A stretch of DNA of 64,000 bases from Candidatus Aenigmatarchaeota archaeon (lineage in GTDB: Archaea > Aenigmatarchaeota > Aenigmatarchaeia > JACPZZ01). A program made the translations under genes and the position numbers. The stretch spans positions 12,616 to 76,615 of the forward strand of contig JAZDLW010000021.1 of NCBI GenBank assembly GCA_043801595.1, written 5' to 3'. The notes under the pieces were generated by a model, which was given only the letters and a program-made list of their open reading frames with translations, searched no databases and had not been told where the DNA came from. Positions 42,928-52,212 of the stretch are shown piece by piece. The number at the start of each line of letters is the position of its first letter. The first letter of the stretch is position 1.

Positions 42928-43122
42928 TTATCGCTTGAACCTTGCGACATCCTTGATCGTGTCGACGTGCGTCATAAACAAGGCGCGGCAACAATACCTT
43001 TCCAGACCGAGGCTATCGAGAATTTTCACGGCCGATTCGCCTTCCTTGATACGCTGGCTGTACTGTTCCCACAAATGACCGAGCGGTTTGCCGCATGTTA
43101 TGCATCGAATCGGAATCATCAT
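42928..43122 (-). CDS. rpoN: DNA-directed RNA polymerase subunit N (Rpb10)
   Basis: MMIPIRCITCGKPLGHLWEQY and RYCCRALFMTHVD. Confidence 0.9.
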   Translation of the reverse strand: MMIPIRCITCGKPLGHLWEQYSQRIKEGESAVKILDSLGLERYCCRALFMTHVDTIKDVARFKR

Positions 43123-43129
43123 GGTGATA

Positions 43130-43450
43130 TTACTCCCTCAACTCTATTTCAATCTGGACGTTTTCCGGAATGTTGACGCGCATTATCTGCCTAAGAGCGC
43201 GTTCGTTGGCGCCTATATCTACGATCCGTTTGTGAACGCGCATTTCCCATTTGTCCCAGGTCGCATTTCCGTGCCCGGTGCCGTCGCCGCACGGAGTTTT
43301 CAGCACGCTAACACGCAATTTTTTCGTAGGAAGAGGAATCGGACCGGCTATTGAAACTCCTGTTTTTTCAGCTATCATTTTTATCTCTTTGCATATCACG
43401 TCAAGCTGTTTCAGGTCCGTACTGGAAAGTTTTATTCTTGCTATCTGCAT
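43130..43450 (-). CDS. rps10: 30S ribosomal protein S10 (uS10)
   Basis: [31 protein letters not shown] and a V.IEI ending. Confidence 0.9.
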   Translation of the reverse strand: MQIARIKLSSTDLKQLDVICKEIKMIAEKTGVSIAGPIPLPTKKLRVSVLKTPCGDGTGHGNATWDKWEMRVHKRIVDIGANERALRQIMRVNIPENVQIEIELRE

Positions 43451-43477
43451 GGGTCATCACATGTTCGTCATGATAAT

Positions 43478-44434
43478 TTATATACGCATTGATTTAGTTA
43501 TTTCGGCTACCTTTATAAGCTTTTTAGCCGCCGGAACAAATTTTCCCAGCAAATAGGACGGGGTCAGATGCGCAGCGACCAGCACTTTTTTGAAATTGTT
43601 GACGCAAAAATGCCTTTTTCCGAGCTCGACGTCCCTTATGTTTTCCCGCCTTATGCCGACCCTTTCGCCTAACTGCTTCTGGGTTAACCCCATTCCCAAC
43701 CTTCTTCGCCTAAGAATAGAACCGATATTGGTGTTGGATAGAATTTTTACCCAGTCGTCCTCGGTCGGCCATTTGTCGCGGAAAAAACGTTCCCTGTGAT
43801 CAATTCCTTTGCGGCCGGTTGAACAATCTAATATTTCTTTCGGGCAATTAATACCGATGGTTTGAAAAAACCGCAACGGCGTGCCGTCCTGAACTTTTGA
43901 ATACAATGCGTAACCGGCCTTTTCGCCTTTGTTGAAACCGCTCGCGGATTCAGTTGCGTAGAAATTAAGCTTTCGTTTACGTAACTTCTCTAGCAGGATT
44001 TCTACGTCTTTTTTGGAAAAGCAGTTCGTTGCCAAGCAGAGCGTAGGAACGCGGTTCTCGTCGTTCTTTCTTCTTACTAAACAACCGTCGCCTAGATACC
44101 AATACAACAAAGTTGTTGGTGTGATTTCCAAATCATCTGGCAACATTTTCGATGTTTTGCCGTTTTCCTTAATGTACCATTTTCCTCTCAATTCCATGAA
44201 TTGTTTGTAATGGCAGGTGTTGATGTAAAAACTTAGAGAATGCACACCGGGGTTATCTACCGTTATCCAACATCTTATTTTATAACTTTCAAAAAATTTC
44301 TTTAAGTTTTCTAGAAATTTTTTATCTTTCGCTGTATATTTGAATGTGAAATATTTTTCCTTATCAACACGAATACACGCATCTCCTAAAAGACTGCCAT
44401 TGATTATACTTCTTAATTCTTCCACAAAATTCAT
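43478..44434 (-). CDS. Free-standing LAGLIDADG endonuclease fused to a C-terminal XRE-type HTH
   Basis: Motifs IINGSLLGDACI and LLYWYLGDGCLV, with the HTH GLTQKQLGERVGIRRENIRDVELGKR. AT-rich. ATG at 44434 is preferred, because the track start at 44653 lies inside rps9. Confidence 0.75.
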   Translation of the reverse strand: MNFVEELRSIINGSLLGDACIRVDKEKYFTFKYTAKDKKFLENLKKFFESYKIRCWITVDNPGVHSLSFYINTCHYKQFMELRGKWYIKENGKTSKMLPDDLEITPTTLLYWYLGDGCLVRRKNDENRVPTLCLATNCFSKKDVEILLEKLRKRKLNFYATESASGFNKGEKAGYALYSKVQDGTPLRFFQTIGINCPKEILDCSTGRKGIDHRERFFRDKWPTEDDWVKILSNTNIGSILRRRRLGMGLTQKQLGERVGIRRENIRDVELGKRHFCVNNFKKVLVAAHLTPSYLLGKFVPAAKKLIKVAEITKSMRI

Positions 44435-44540
44435 TCTGAAAGAATTATATACGACACTTTCGAGATCAGAGTTCCGATATGATATGTATAAATTCGCTAA
44501 AAATAAAAAGTGCTCTAAACACGCTTCAATTGACCTAAAA

Positions 44541-44981
44541 CTAGCGTTTGCTTCGTTGTTCGTGCCTTCGACTCCCACGCTGCGATGCGCTTCCTGCGTG
44601 ATGCGTTTCGTTTCTGCGCGGATCAACGACGAGCATGTTTCGGTCGTAATCAATAAATCTCTGCCTGACTTCCTTGTTGCCTGCCTGGATTATGCAACGG
44701 GCGATTGATTGGCGAACGGCCTCTGTCTGTCCGGAATAACCGCCGCCCCTTACGTTGACGCTGATGTCAAAATCCTTTGCAATTTCCGGTGCAAGCGAAA
44801 AGGCTTCCTGGATCCTTAATCTCGACAATTCCGTTCCCCAGATGCTCAGAGGCATTGAATTGATCCTGACAACTCCTTTTCCAGGCGCCATCAAGGCGCG
44901 TGCAACCGCGTCTTTCCTCTTTCCAAATGAGTATATGATTTTCTTTTTCTTCGGCTTTGGCTGGGATTTTTCATCTTCCAT
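44541..44981 (-). CDS. rps9: 30S ribosomal protein S9 (uS9)
   Basis: GKRKDAVARA, VNVRGGGYSGQTEAVRQSIARC, DPRR and a SKR C-terminus. Confidence 0.9.
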   Translation of the reverse strand: MEDEKSQPKPKKKKIIYSFGKRKDAVARALMAPGKGVVRINSMPLSIWGTELSRLRIQEAFSLAPEIAKDFDISVNVRGGGYSGQTEAVRQSIARCIIQAGNKEVRQRFIDYDRNMLVVDPRRNETHHAGSASQRGSRRHEQRSKR

Positions 44982-44982
44982 A

Positions 44983-45399
44983 TTACATCGGTTTTCTCCC
45001 TAGCTTATGAGATAAATCCTGCAGTGTTACGTACTCGCTTGTAAGATCGGAAGATTTCTTGAAATTCGCCTCAAACGCATTGCCGGCAATGCCTTTTGGC
45101 GAGCCGATGTACACATGAAGTCTTCTAAGCGCTTTTCGCCCGATATCCTGCTTGTATGGCAGCATACCGCGAATCATGCGGTGTATCATCCTGTCAGGCA
45201 ATCGTGATAAGAATGGACCTTTGTATTTATCGCCCCTGTCGAGCCGCTCCTTGTAAAGCCGTGCAATAGAAGCCGGCGAACCTGATATCACAGCCTTCTC
45301 GACATTGATTATCGCCACGCTTTCGCCGTTGAGCAGCATCTTCGCGACTGCCGAGGATAAACGACCGCAGACAAATCCGGATGCATCAATGATTTTCAT
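44983..45399 (-). CDS. rpl13: 50S ribosomal protein L13 (uL13)
   Basis: IIDASGFVCGRLSSAVAKMLLNGE, MIRGMLP and RLHVY. ATG at 45399 lies 2 nt after the rpl18e stop. Confidence 0.9.
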   Translation of the reverse strand: MKIIDASGFVCGRLSSAVAKMLLNGESVAIINVEKAVISGSPASIARLYKERLDRGDKYKGPFLSRLPDRMIHRMIRGMLPYKQDIGRKALRRLHVYIGSPKGIAGNAFEANFKKSSDLTSEYVTLQDLSHKLGRKPM

Positions 45400-45401
45400 A
45401 T

Positions 45402-45734
45402 TCACACCATGATCTTTACGTTTGAGCACTTCGGGTTTTCCTTTGCAAGCTCGTTTATTGTTATTGTTCTTCCGCCCGCCTTGGTTATCTTCTCTTTCGC
45501 CGACTTTGAAAACCTGAACGCGGCGACTGTGACCGCTTTGGTTATTTCCCCATAACCGAGAACGCTTCCAGGCACCAACACTGTTCCAGCAGGATGCTGG
45601 GCGATCGAAGAAAGGTTAACTTCCGGCATGCGCCTCGTCGAACCGTTAAGCTCGCTGGCTACTCTTTTCCACGCCGATGCGTCTAGTTTCTTCAGGTCCT
45701 TTATCAAATGAGCAATGTTTTCATTAGTCTTCAA
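45402..45734 (-). CDS. rpl18e: 50S ribosomal protein L18e (eL18)
   Basis: EVNLSSI, VLVPGSVLGYGEI, VAAFRFSKSAKEKITKAGG. Confidence 0.85.
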   Translation of the reverse strand: MKTNENIAHLIKDLKKLDASAWKRVASELNGSTRRMPEVNLSSIAQHPAGTVLVPGSVLGYGEITKAVTVAAFRFSKSAKEKITKAGGRTITINELAKENPKCSNVKIMV

Positions 45735-45777
45735 GGTTATCTACCGATTGATCAGATATAATATGACCGCAACATTT

Positions 45778-45802
45778 ATATTAATAGACAATATTAATAG
45801 AC
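45778..45802. repeat. Tandem 12-bp repeat ATATTAATAGAC x2 (1-nt spacer) in a divergent promoter region
   Basis: Two exact copies at 45778-45789 and 45791-45802, between the rpl18e string and the SepF-like gene. Confidence 0.6.
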
Positions 45803-45880
45803 GATTTTTGCAGCTTTCTTGTTGGCGGGATATATAGAAGTGCAATAACTTATATAAGTATAGGGCATGAAGGCGATTAA

Positions 45881-46750
45881 ATGGCTGACAAATTGTTCGA
45901 AAATGCCAAAAAAAGACTTTTCATAAGGTACGTGGCTCCGAAAATCTATGGCGATGTCGATGCTGTTCTTAACGCAGTGCGCGAACCGAACCACATAGTT
46001 CTCATAAACACAAAACGGCTGCGAAGAATAGACACCGAGATGCTCAGGCGAACGCTGTTAAAGCTCCAGCGGGTTGCTGATGCAAGCGACAGGATGATAT
46101 TCACAATAGAACCGGACTTCTACGTCTCGATCCCGAAAACAGCGAAAAACGAGACGCGCGAACTCAGCGAAGAAGAGAAAAAAATGAAGGACGAGTTCGA
46201 AAAAATCGAAATGGAAGAGGAGATGGAAGACGAGAAGAAAAAACAGACAAGCTACGCGCAAAAAATCAACGACTTTGTGAAAAAGAAGGGCGAGGCGAAA
46301 GAGCCGCTTGTGTTCGAGGTTAAAAAACAGGGCGCGAACATAAAGGAGGCTATACTTTCAATTAAAAGCCCGTTTGCTGCCGAGGATATCGGAAACAGGA
46401 TGGCCGAACTAATCGAACTAAAACAACTCGTGTCAGGGCATGTTCCGGACAAAACGAAATTGCAAATTTCCAGAAAATTCGAACAGCTCAAAGAAAGCGA
46501 AGATATGCTCAGGGAAACGATAATGAAAAAGAGAAGGAAAATCCTGAGAAAGCTTGAAGCGATAAACGACCTTGCGGAAAGCAATCATATTTCAAAAGAG
46601 CTTTTCACGCGCATACGGAAGCATTTGACAGAAGAGCTGGAACAGCTTGGAGATATGATTGTGACAGTTGACAGCAAAGGCGTCAAATTTTCTGCTAAAA
46701 AAACGGATATTAAGGCGAAAACGGATAAGAAAAAGAAGGTTAAACGATGA
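45881..46750 (+). CDS. SepF-like N-terminal domain fused to a long charged coiled-coil tail
   Basis: The N-terminal roughly 95 aa fit the SepF/DUF552 pattern (YGDVDAVLNAVREPNHIVLINTKRL...LQRVADASDRMIFTIEPDFYVSIP). The rest is Glu/Lys-rich. The stop overlaps the minD start. Confidence 0.4.
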   Translation: MADKLFENAKKRLFIRYVAPKIYGDVDAVLNAVREPNHIVLINTKRLRRIDTEMLRRTLLKLQRVADASDRMIFTIEPDFYVSIPKTAKNETRELSEEEKKMKDEFEKIEMEEEMEDEKKKQTSYAQKINDFVKKKGEAKEPLVFEVKKQGANIKEAILSIKSPFAAEDIGNRMAELIELKQLVSGHVPDKTKLQISRKFEQLKESEDMLRETIMKKRRKILRKLEAINDLAESNHISKELFTRIRKHLTEELEQLGDMIVTVDSKGVKFSAKKTDIKAKTDKKKKVKR

Positions 46751-47535
46751 CAAGAATCATAGGCGTTGTTTCCGGAAAGGGCGGCGTAGGGAAAACTACG
46801 GTTGTTACGAATCTGGGCGTTGACCTTGTGACAAAGTTCAAGAAGGACGTTGTTATTATCGATTGCAACATCACGACTTCCCATCTAAGCATGGTCATGG
46901 GAATGCATTTCCTGCCTATAACATTGAACCAGGTTCTGAGAGGGAACATACCGATCGAGAATGCCGTATATACGCACCAGACAGGACTGAAGATCATTCC
47001 GGCATCGCTTGCTGTAAAGGATGTCGAGGGCATAGACGTGGGTGAATTGAAAAAGGCTGTAAAGCATCTTCTTGGAAAGGTTGATATAATACTGCTTGAC
47101 TCTGCGCCGTGCCTTGGAAGAGAGGCTAAGATGACATTGGACGTGAGCGAAGAGCTTTTATTCGTTACAACGCCGTATGTACCGTCTGTGATGGACACCA
47201 TACGAACAAAAGAGATGGCCGAACCGCAGAAGACGAAACTCGGCACTGTGTTAAACATGATGGAAAACGTGCGGCATGAGCTAAGCATAAAAGAAATCGA
47301 GAACCTTACGGAAATGCCAGTACTCGCAACAGTTCCGTACGACAGAAACATACTGAAGAGTCTTGCTGCGAAACAGCCTGTTGTTACGTACAACCCGCAA
47401 TGCAAGGCATCGAAGCAATTTTTAAAACTGGGCAAGGAAATAACAGGCGAAGATCCTGTCAATCTTGAAAAAGAGGACGTTCTCGGAAAGATAACGAGCA
47501 TGCTGAAAGGCGTGAACATACCGAGATTCGGTTAA
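46747..47535 (+). CDS. minD: MinD/ParA-family P-loop ATPase (archaeal MinD-like)
   Basis: Deviant Walker A SGKGGVGKTT, and ILLDSAP. Confidence 0.85.
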   Translation: MTRIIGVVSGKGGVGKTTVVTNLGVDLVTKFKKDVVIIDCNITTSHLSMVMGMHFLPITLNQVLRGNIPIENAVYTHQTGLKIIPASLAVKDVEGIDVGELKKAVKHLLGKVDIILLDSAPCLGREAKMTLDVSEELLFVTTPYVPSVMDTIRTKEMAEPQKTKLGTVLNMMENVRHELSIKEIENLTEMPVLATVPYDRNILKSLAAKQPVVTYNPQCKASKQFLKLGKEITGEDPVNLEKEDVLGKITSMLKGVNIPRFG

Positions 47536-47576
47536 AACTATTTAACACTTTACAAATTCTTGCTCAGGCCGCGATG

Positions 47577-48251
47577 TTACGGGTGAAATCCGGGCGGTAA
47601 ATCGCGGGTTCCCCAATCGTCCATGTTCTTCATTTTCTCATACACGGTTCTATGAAAACCTGTTGAATTTTTCAATAAACCAAAAAACGGCGATATATTC
47701 TCGTCCATGTTTTTGCTATCGTTCGGTACGCCGGTTGGGTCTATGATAAATAATTCGTCTACTTTCTTTGACGCCCAGAAAAAATGACTGTGACTGTACC
47801 TTTTCGGCACCATTTTTGTTAAAACGCCCTTTGCTGACGACAGGCTAAGCTCGTCATTGGCCTCTTCGGTATAATCCGGTATGTTCGTGCACCCGCTGGG
47901 CTTCCATAGATGGCCGGTCCTTAAGTACAATCTTTCAAGATAATCGCGAATAGCGGTTTGTTCATGCTGCGTTAAACCGTCGCGCACGAAATAAGCGCTG
48001 AACTTGCTAAAATCGGTTAGCGCGTTTTCTTTCAGGCGCCTCGCAAGATCGTCATCAAAGGCGATCATATCATGCGTAACATTAACAATTCCTTTACGAT
48101 ACGAGTGTAAGCGAACCGTATTTAGCAATGCGCCCCTTCTTGGTGTCAAATCTACCCGAAAAACATCGTACTCACCATCGCCGTATAAGCGTACAAGAGT
48201 TCCTCTTGCCAAAAGCTGGGCTTGGTCTTGATTCAGGCGTTCGTAAGACAT
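47577..48251 (-). CDS. Hypothetical protein
   Basis: 224-aa coherent ORF. No motif recognised. Confidence 0.45.
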   Translation of the reverse strand: MSYERLNQDQAQLLARGTLVRLYGDGEYDVFRVDLTPRRGALLNTVRLHSYRKGIVNVTHDMIAFDDDLARRLKENALTDFSKFSAYFVRDGLTQHEQTAIRDYLERLYLRTGHLWKPSGCTNIPDYTEEANDELSLSSAKGVLTKMVPKRYSHSHFFWASKKVDELFIIDPTGVPNDSKNMDENISPFFGLLKNSTGFHRTVYEKMKNMDDWGTRDLPPGFHP

Positions 48252-48279
48252 ACGACCTATAACAAAGTAAGTTATTTAA

Positions 48280-49197
48280 ATGTCATCGCCGACAATTCTT
48301 CTGCGTGAAAGCATGAGCGTAATGATCCAAGCACCGGACGGCTACAAGAAAAAGCTGCTCGAATTTGCGGATAAAGAAAAGGATAAAGATGTTTTTATCT
48401 CAATAGAACCGTGCTACGGCGCGTGCGATTTGCGCGATCACGAAGCGAAACGACTGGGATGCGATAAATTAATCCATTACGGGCATAACGACTTTGGGCT
48501 AAAAACCGAAGTTCCTGTGGAGTATGCTGTAATACCAACGGACATTGATCCTATATCCGTACTTCAAAAAAATATCGTAATGTTCAAGGATTACAAAAAG
48601 ATCGGTTTCGTTTCAACAGTCCAGTTCATACAACTGCAGGATAAAATAAAGGAGTTTTTCGCGAAAAATGGAAAAGAGGTTGTTGTAGGGTTTGTTGAAA
48701 AAAAACGCGGCGCCAGCGCAGCGGGGCAGATTCTCGGGTGCGATGTGACTGCGGCACAGGTTATCGACGACAAAGTCGATTGTTTCCTTTATGTCGGAAC
48801 AGGACGTTTTCATCCGACAGGAATGGTAACGAAAAAACCGTTCTTTGTGCTGGATGTTGAAAAAAACACGCTCGAACGCAACGACATCGACCATGATAAA
48901 CTTGAAAGGCAGCGCTATGCACGCATCGCAATTGCAAAAACGTCCAACGTGTTCGGAATACTGCTTTCCACAAAAGGCGGGCAATGCCTGCTGAGTGTCG
49001 CAACGCGGATAAAAGAAATATTGCAGCGAAACGGCAAGAAAGCGTACATACTTGTTGCTGACGAGTTCACACCCGAGAAGCTTATGGGAATAGATGTCGA
49101 CTGTTACGTCAACTGCTCATGCCCGCGAATGACAGACGATGTAAAAAGGTTTGAAAAGCCTGTGATAAACCCGCAGGACGTTGAAACAGAGAAATAA
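48280..49197 (+). CDS. dph2: 2-(3-amino-3-carboxypropyl)histidine synthase (diphthamide synthesis, Dph2)
   Basis: EPCYGACD, LIHYGH, GILLSTKGGQ and VNCSCPR. Confidence 0.85.
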   Translation: MSSPTILLRESMSVMIQAPDGYKKKLLEFADKEKDKDVFISIEPCYGACDLRDHEAKRLGCDKLIHYGHNDFGLKTEVPVEYAVIPTDIDPISVLQKNIVMFKDYKKIGFVSTVQFIQLQDKIKEFFAKNGKEVVVGFVEKKRGASAAGQILGCDVTAAQVIDDKVDCFLYVGTGRFHPTGMVTKKPFFVLDVEKNTLERNDIDHDKLERQRYARIAIAKTSNVFGILLSTKGGQCLLSVATRIKEILQRNGKKAYILVADEFTPEKLMGIDVDCYVNCSCPRMTDDVKRFEKPVINPQDVETEK

Positions 49198-49238
49198 AGT
49201 CTTTTTAATCACGCCTGTCAATACTTTTTGCTGATAAC

Positions 49239-49970
49239 ATGGACGCGATTGATGTAATCAACGTATCAAAGAAGTTTCGCAGCGAAGGAAAGGAATTTTC
49301 CGCGCTGAAAGACGTATCGCTTTCGATAAAACGCGGGGAGATATTCGCTCTGCTGGGGCCGAACGGCTCAGGAAAAACCACGCTGATAAACATTATCACC
49401 GGACTGGTAATACCGGATTCCGGCAAGGTGAAAATTCTCGGAAAAGACGTGGCGAAATTCCCTGAGATTATTGAAAAGGTCGGCCTTGTTTCCAACGAGG
49501 CGAGGTTCCACTGGGCGCTGGATACAAGGGACGTGCTGAATTTTTACGGAATGGTTTACGGAATAAAAAGACGCGAAAGGAAAAAAAAGGCTGACGAACT
49601 TATCGATTTCTTCGGCCTGAGCAGAATACAAAAAAGGCGCGTTGACAGCCTGTCAACAGGAGAAAAAATGCGATTGTCGTTCGCGAAAGCGCTCCTTAAC
49701 AAGCCGAAGATACTTCTTCTCGACGAACCGACACTGGGACTGGATCCGTACATATCAGCAAAATTGCGCAAAGAAATCAGGCACATAAACCGCACGTTCG
49801 GCACATCGATGCTGTTAACAAGCCATTACATGAAAGAGGTGCGCGAACTTGCAAGCAGGGTTGCGTTCATAATGAAAGGCGAAATACTGGACGTACGGCG
49901 CACAAGAGGCGTTGACCTTGAAAAATATTTCATTAAAATGATTAAGGAGGGCAAAAATGAGGTTGAATAA
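49239..49970 (+). CDS. ABC transporter ATP-binding protein
   Basis: Walker A GPNGSGKTT, signature LSTGEKMR and Walker B ILLLDEP. Confidence 0.9.
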   Translation: MDAIDVINVSKKFRSEGKEFSALKDVSLSIKRGEIFALLGPNGSGKTTLINIITGLVIPDSGKVKILGKDVAKFPEIIEKVGLVSNEARFHWALDTRDVLNFYGMVYGIKRRERKKKADELIDFFGLSRIQKRRVDSLSTGEKMRLSFAKALLNKPKILLLDEPTLGLDPYISAKLRKEIRHINRTFGTSMLLTSHYMKEVRELASRVAFIMKGEILDVRRTRGVDLEKYFIKMIKEGKNEVE

Positions 49971-50742
49971 GGTTTTTGCCCTGATCTATCACGACATGCT
50001 CGTTTTTGCGCGGGCGAAATGGAGAATAATGGACATGTTCTACTTCCCGATAACGACCATACTTGTCTGGGGATTGTTTGCCGAGTACATGAAAACATCA
50101 GCGCTTGAAGCGGGCCTGATCGTGCTTGCGCTGAACATATTCTGGAACTTCGCGGTTGTTGCGCAAAGCAACACAAACATGCAGATGATGGATGACGCGT
50201 GGTCAGGAAGCATAAAACAATTTTTCGTTTCAGGCATACGGGAGGCGGAATACATAACCGCACGCGTGATATTCACGACAGGAATCTCGCTGGTTTTGCT
50301 CGCAATACTCATGCTGATATCGTACTATTTCTTCGACCTGCGGATAATTTTTGAGCGGCTCGACCTGATGATTTACCTGTCGTTTTTGACATTGTTGTCG
50401 TCTATCGCAATGTCCATAGTGATAGCGGCGATATTGCTTAACGCGGGAAAAGAATACGGTTTTCTTGCATGGACGCTTCTGCAGATTTTCATACTTCTCT
50501 CCGCGCCCTTCTACCCGACATCGCTGTTTCCGAACTGGCTGCAGCCGATTGCATCGGTGATGCCTTACACGGCGATCTTTGAGAACGCAAGGCTGTTCGT
50601 GACGCGCGGCAGCCTTGACGCGACACTTCTTGTCAACGGTTTTTTAATATCTCTATCCTATCTGCTGGTTTCGCTGCCGCTGTATTTCTATGCGTTCAGA
50701 CGAGCGAGAAAAACGGGATACTTGGCAAAACTGGGAAATTAA
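49957..50742 (+). CDS. ABC-2 type transporter permease
   Basis: Six TM segments. Overlaps the ATPase gene by 14 nt. Confidence 0.75.
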   Translation: MRLNKVFALIYHDMLVFARAKWRIMDMFYFPITTILVWGLFAEYMKTSALEAGLIVLALNIFWNFAVVAQSNTNMQMMDDAWSGSIKQFFVSGIREAEYITARVIFTTGISLVLLAILMLISYYFFDLRIIFERLDLMIYLSFLTLLSSIAMSIVIAAILLNAGKEYGFLAWTLLQIFILLSAPFYPTSLFPNWLQPIASVMPYTAIFENARLFVTRGSLDATLLVNGFLISLSYLLVSLPLYFYAFRRARKTGYLAKLGN

Positions 50743-50788
50743 ACGCAAATGGAAGATTTATAAGTGTTGTTACCAAATAGAGGTTGAT

Positions 50789-51058
50789 ATGAAACTTAAT
50801 ATTCTCGAGAACTCTGATAATAAAGCTAACATAGAGATGATAGGCGAGAGCGAGACTTTGGCGAACTTGCTCAGGAAAAACCTGTGGGACGTCGGTGTCG
50901 AACAGGCCGTCTTCATTAGGGAACACCCGTACCTTTCAATGCCAAAGATCATAGTTTACGGCAAAAATCCGATGAAAGCGCTTGACAATGCGGCGCAAAG
51001 AATTATAGACCAGGCCAAAGATTTCCAAATAGAGTTTAAGAGAGCGCTGGCAAAGTAA
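50789..51058 (+). CDS. rpoL: DNA-directed RNA polymerase subunit L (Rpb11)
   Basis: IEMIGESETLANLLR and FIREHPYLSMPKIIVY. ATG at 50789 is preferred over the track start at 50690. Confidence 0.8.
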   Translation: MKLNILENSDNKANIEMIGESETLANLLRKNLWDVGVEQAVFIREHPYLSMPKIIVYGKNPMKALDNAAQRIIDQAKDFQIEFKRALAK

Positions 51059-51089
51059 TTTTTTAATAAGCTAATCCTAGTTTTAGTGT

Positions 51090-51680
51090 ATGCTAAAAAT
51101 ACGTTTTTTGAAACCGGAGATCCGCATAGTCGGCTGGGACGACGCGCCTTTTGACAAAAAGGACAGGGAAGTGCGCATATTCGGCGCAATCTTCCGCGGA
51201 GGGACATGGTTCGACGGCTTATTGTCGACAACAATAACCGTTGACGGCGACGATTCGACTGAGAAAATAACCGCAATGATAAACAAAACCCGCCACATGA
51301 ACCAGCTGCGCATAATAATGCTCGACGGAATAACGTTCGGAGGCTTCAATGTTGTTGATATTGCCGAACTGAACGAAAAAACGGGCAAGGCTGTGATAGC
51401 AATAAGCAGGCGCAAGCCAAATTTCAGGAATATAAAAAAGGCGCTCGAAAATGTGGACAACGGCGCGGGAAAATGGGCGCTGATAAAAAAAGCCGGACGC
51501 CCGATCAGATGCCGGGTGAAAAACAGGGATATTTATTACCAAGCAAGCGGTATTAATAGAAAAGATGCGGAGAACGTGATAAAACTCTCGTCGACGAGGT
51601 CGCTTATTCCGGAACCGCTGCGTGTGGCCCACATAATAGCGTCGGGCGTTGTTAAAGGTGAATCTTATGGCAGGGCGTAA
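51090..51680 (+). CDS. DUF99/UPF0215 family protein (endonuclease dU-like)
   Basis: IRIVGWDDAPF, DGDDST, IIMLDGITFGGFNVVD and LIPEPLRVAH. Confidence 0.7.
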   Translation: MLKIRFLKPEIRIVGWDDAPFDKKDREVRIFGAIFRGGTWFDGLLSTTITVDGDDSTEKITAMINKTRHMNQLRIIMLDGITFGGFNVVDIAELNEKTGKAVIAISRRKPNFRNIKKALENVDNGAGKWALIKKAGRPIRCRVKNRDIYYQASGINRKDAENVIKLSSTRSLIPEPLRVAHIIASGVVKGESYGRA

Positions 51681-52161
51681 ACAAAAAAACAGTCTTTTGC
51701 GCGATATTGCGGAGACGGCTGCATATGCGGTTGTCGGGGTAATTATAGCAATGGTCATTTACCAAGCGCTTATCATTGCACTCGGCACAAAACGACCCGT
51801 AATCGACGTCGTATCAGAATCGATGGTACCGGCAATAAACAAGGGCGACCTTGTCATAGTCAAATATGTTCAACCGTCAACTTTAAAAATCGGGGATATA
51901 ATTGTTTTTGAAACGCTTTCCGAGCCTCTGCCGGTGATACACCGGTTATACAAAATAAACGCGGACGGAACATTCCAGACGCTCGGTGACAATAACCACG
52001 GAGAGCAGCATGATTGGGAAAAAAATATACAGGGAAGTGCCATAGTAGGAAAGGCTATCTTCGTGATCCCGTATGTCGGCTGGGTGAAGATAATAACCTG
52101 CGACGCGCTGCCAAACGTATGCACGGTATTTTCACCGGCAGTGCGTGGCATTGCCGGATGA
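51667..52161 (+). CDS. Signal peptidase I, archaeal/ER type (S26B)
   Basis: N-terminal TM helix, then VVSESMVPAINKGDLV, PVIHR and LGDNN. Confidence 0.75.
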   Translation: MAGRKQKNSLLRDIAETAAYAVVGVIIAMVIYQALIIALGTKRPVIDVVSESMVPAINKGDLVIVKYVQPSTLKIGDIIVFETLSEPLPVIHRLYKINADGTFQTLGDNNHGEQHDWEKNIQGSAIVGKAIFVIPYVGWVKIITCDALPNVCTVFSPAVRGIAG

Positions 52162-52212
52162 CAATAATACTTAGATAAATACCTAGTAATCGAAAAGAAA
52201 AGGAGAGATAAA

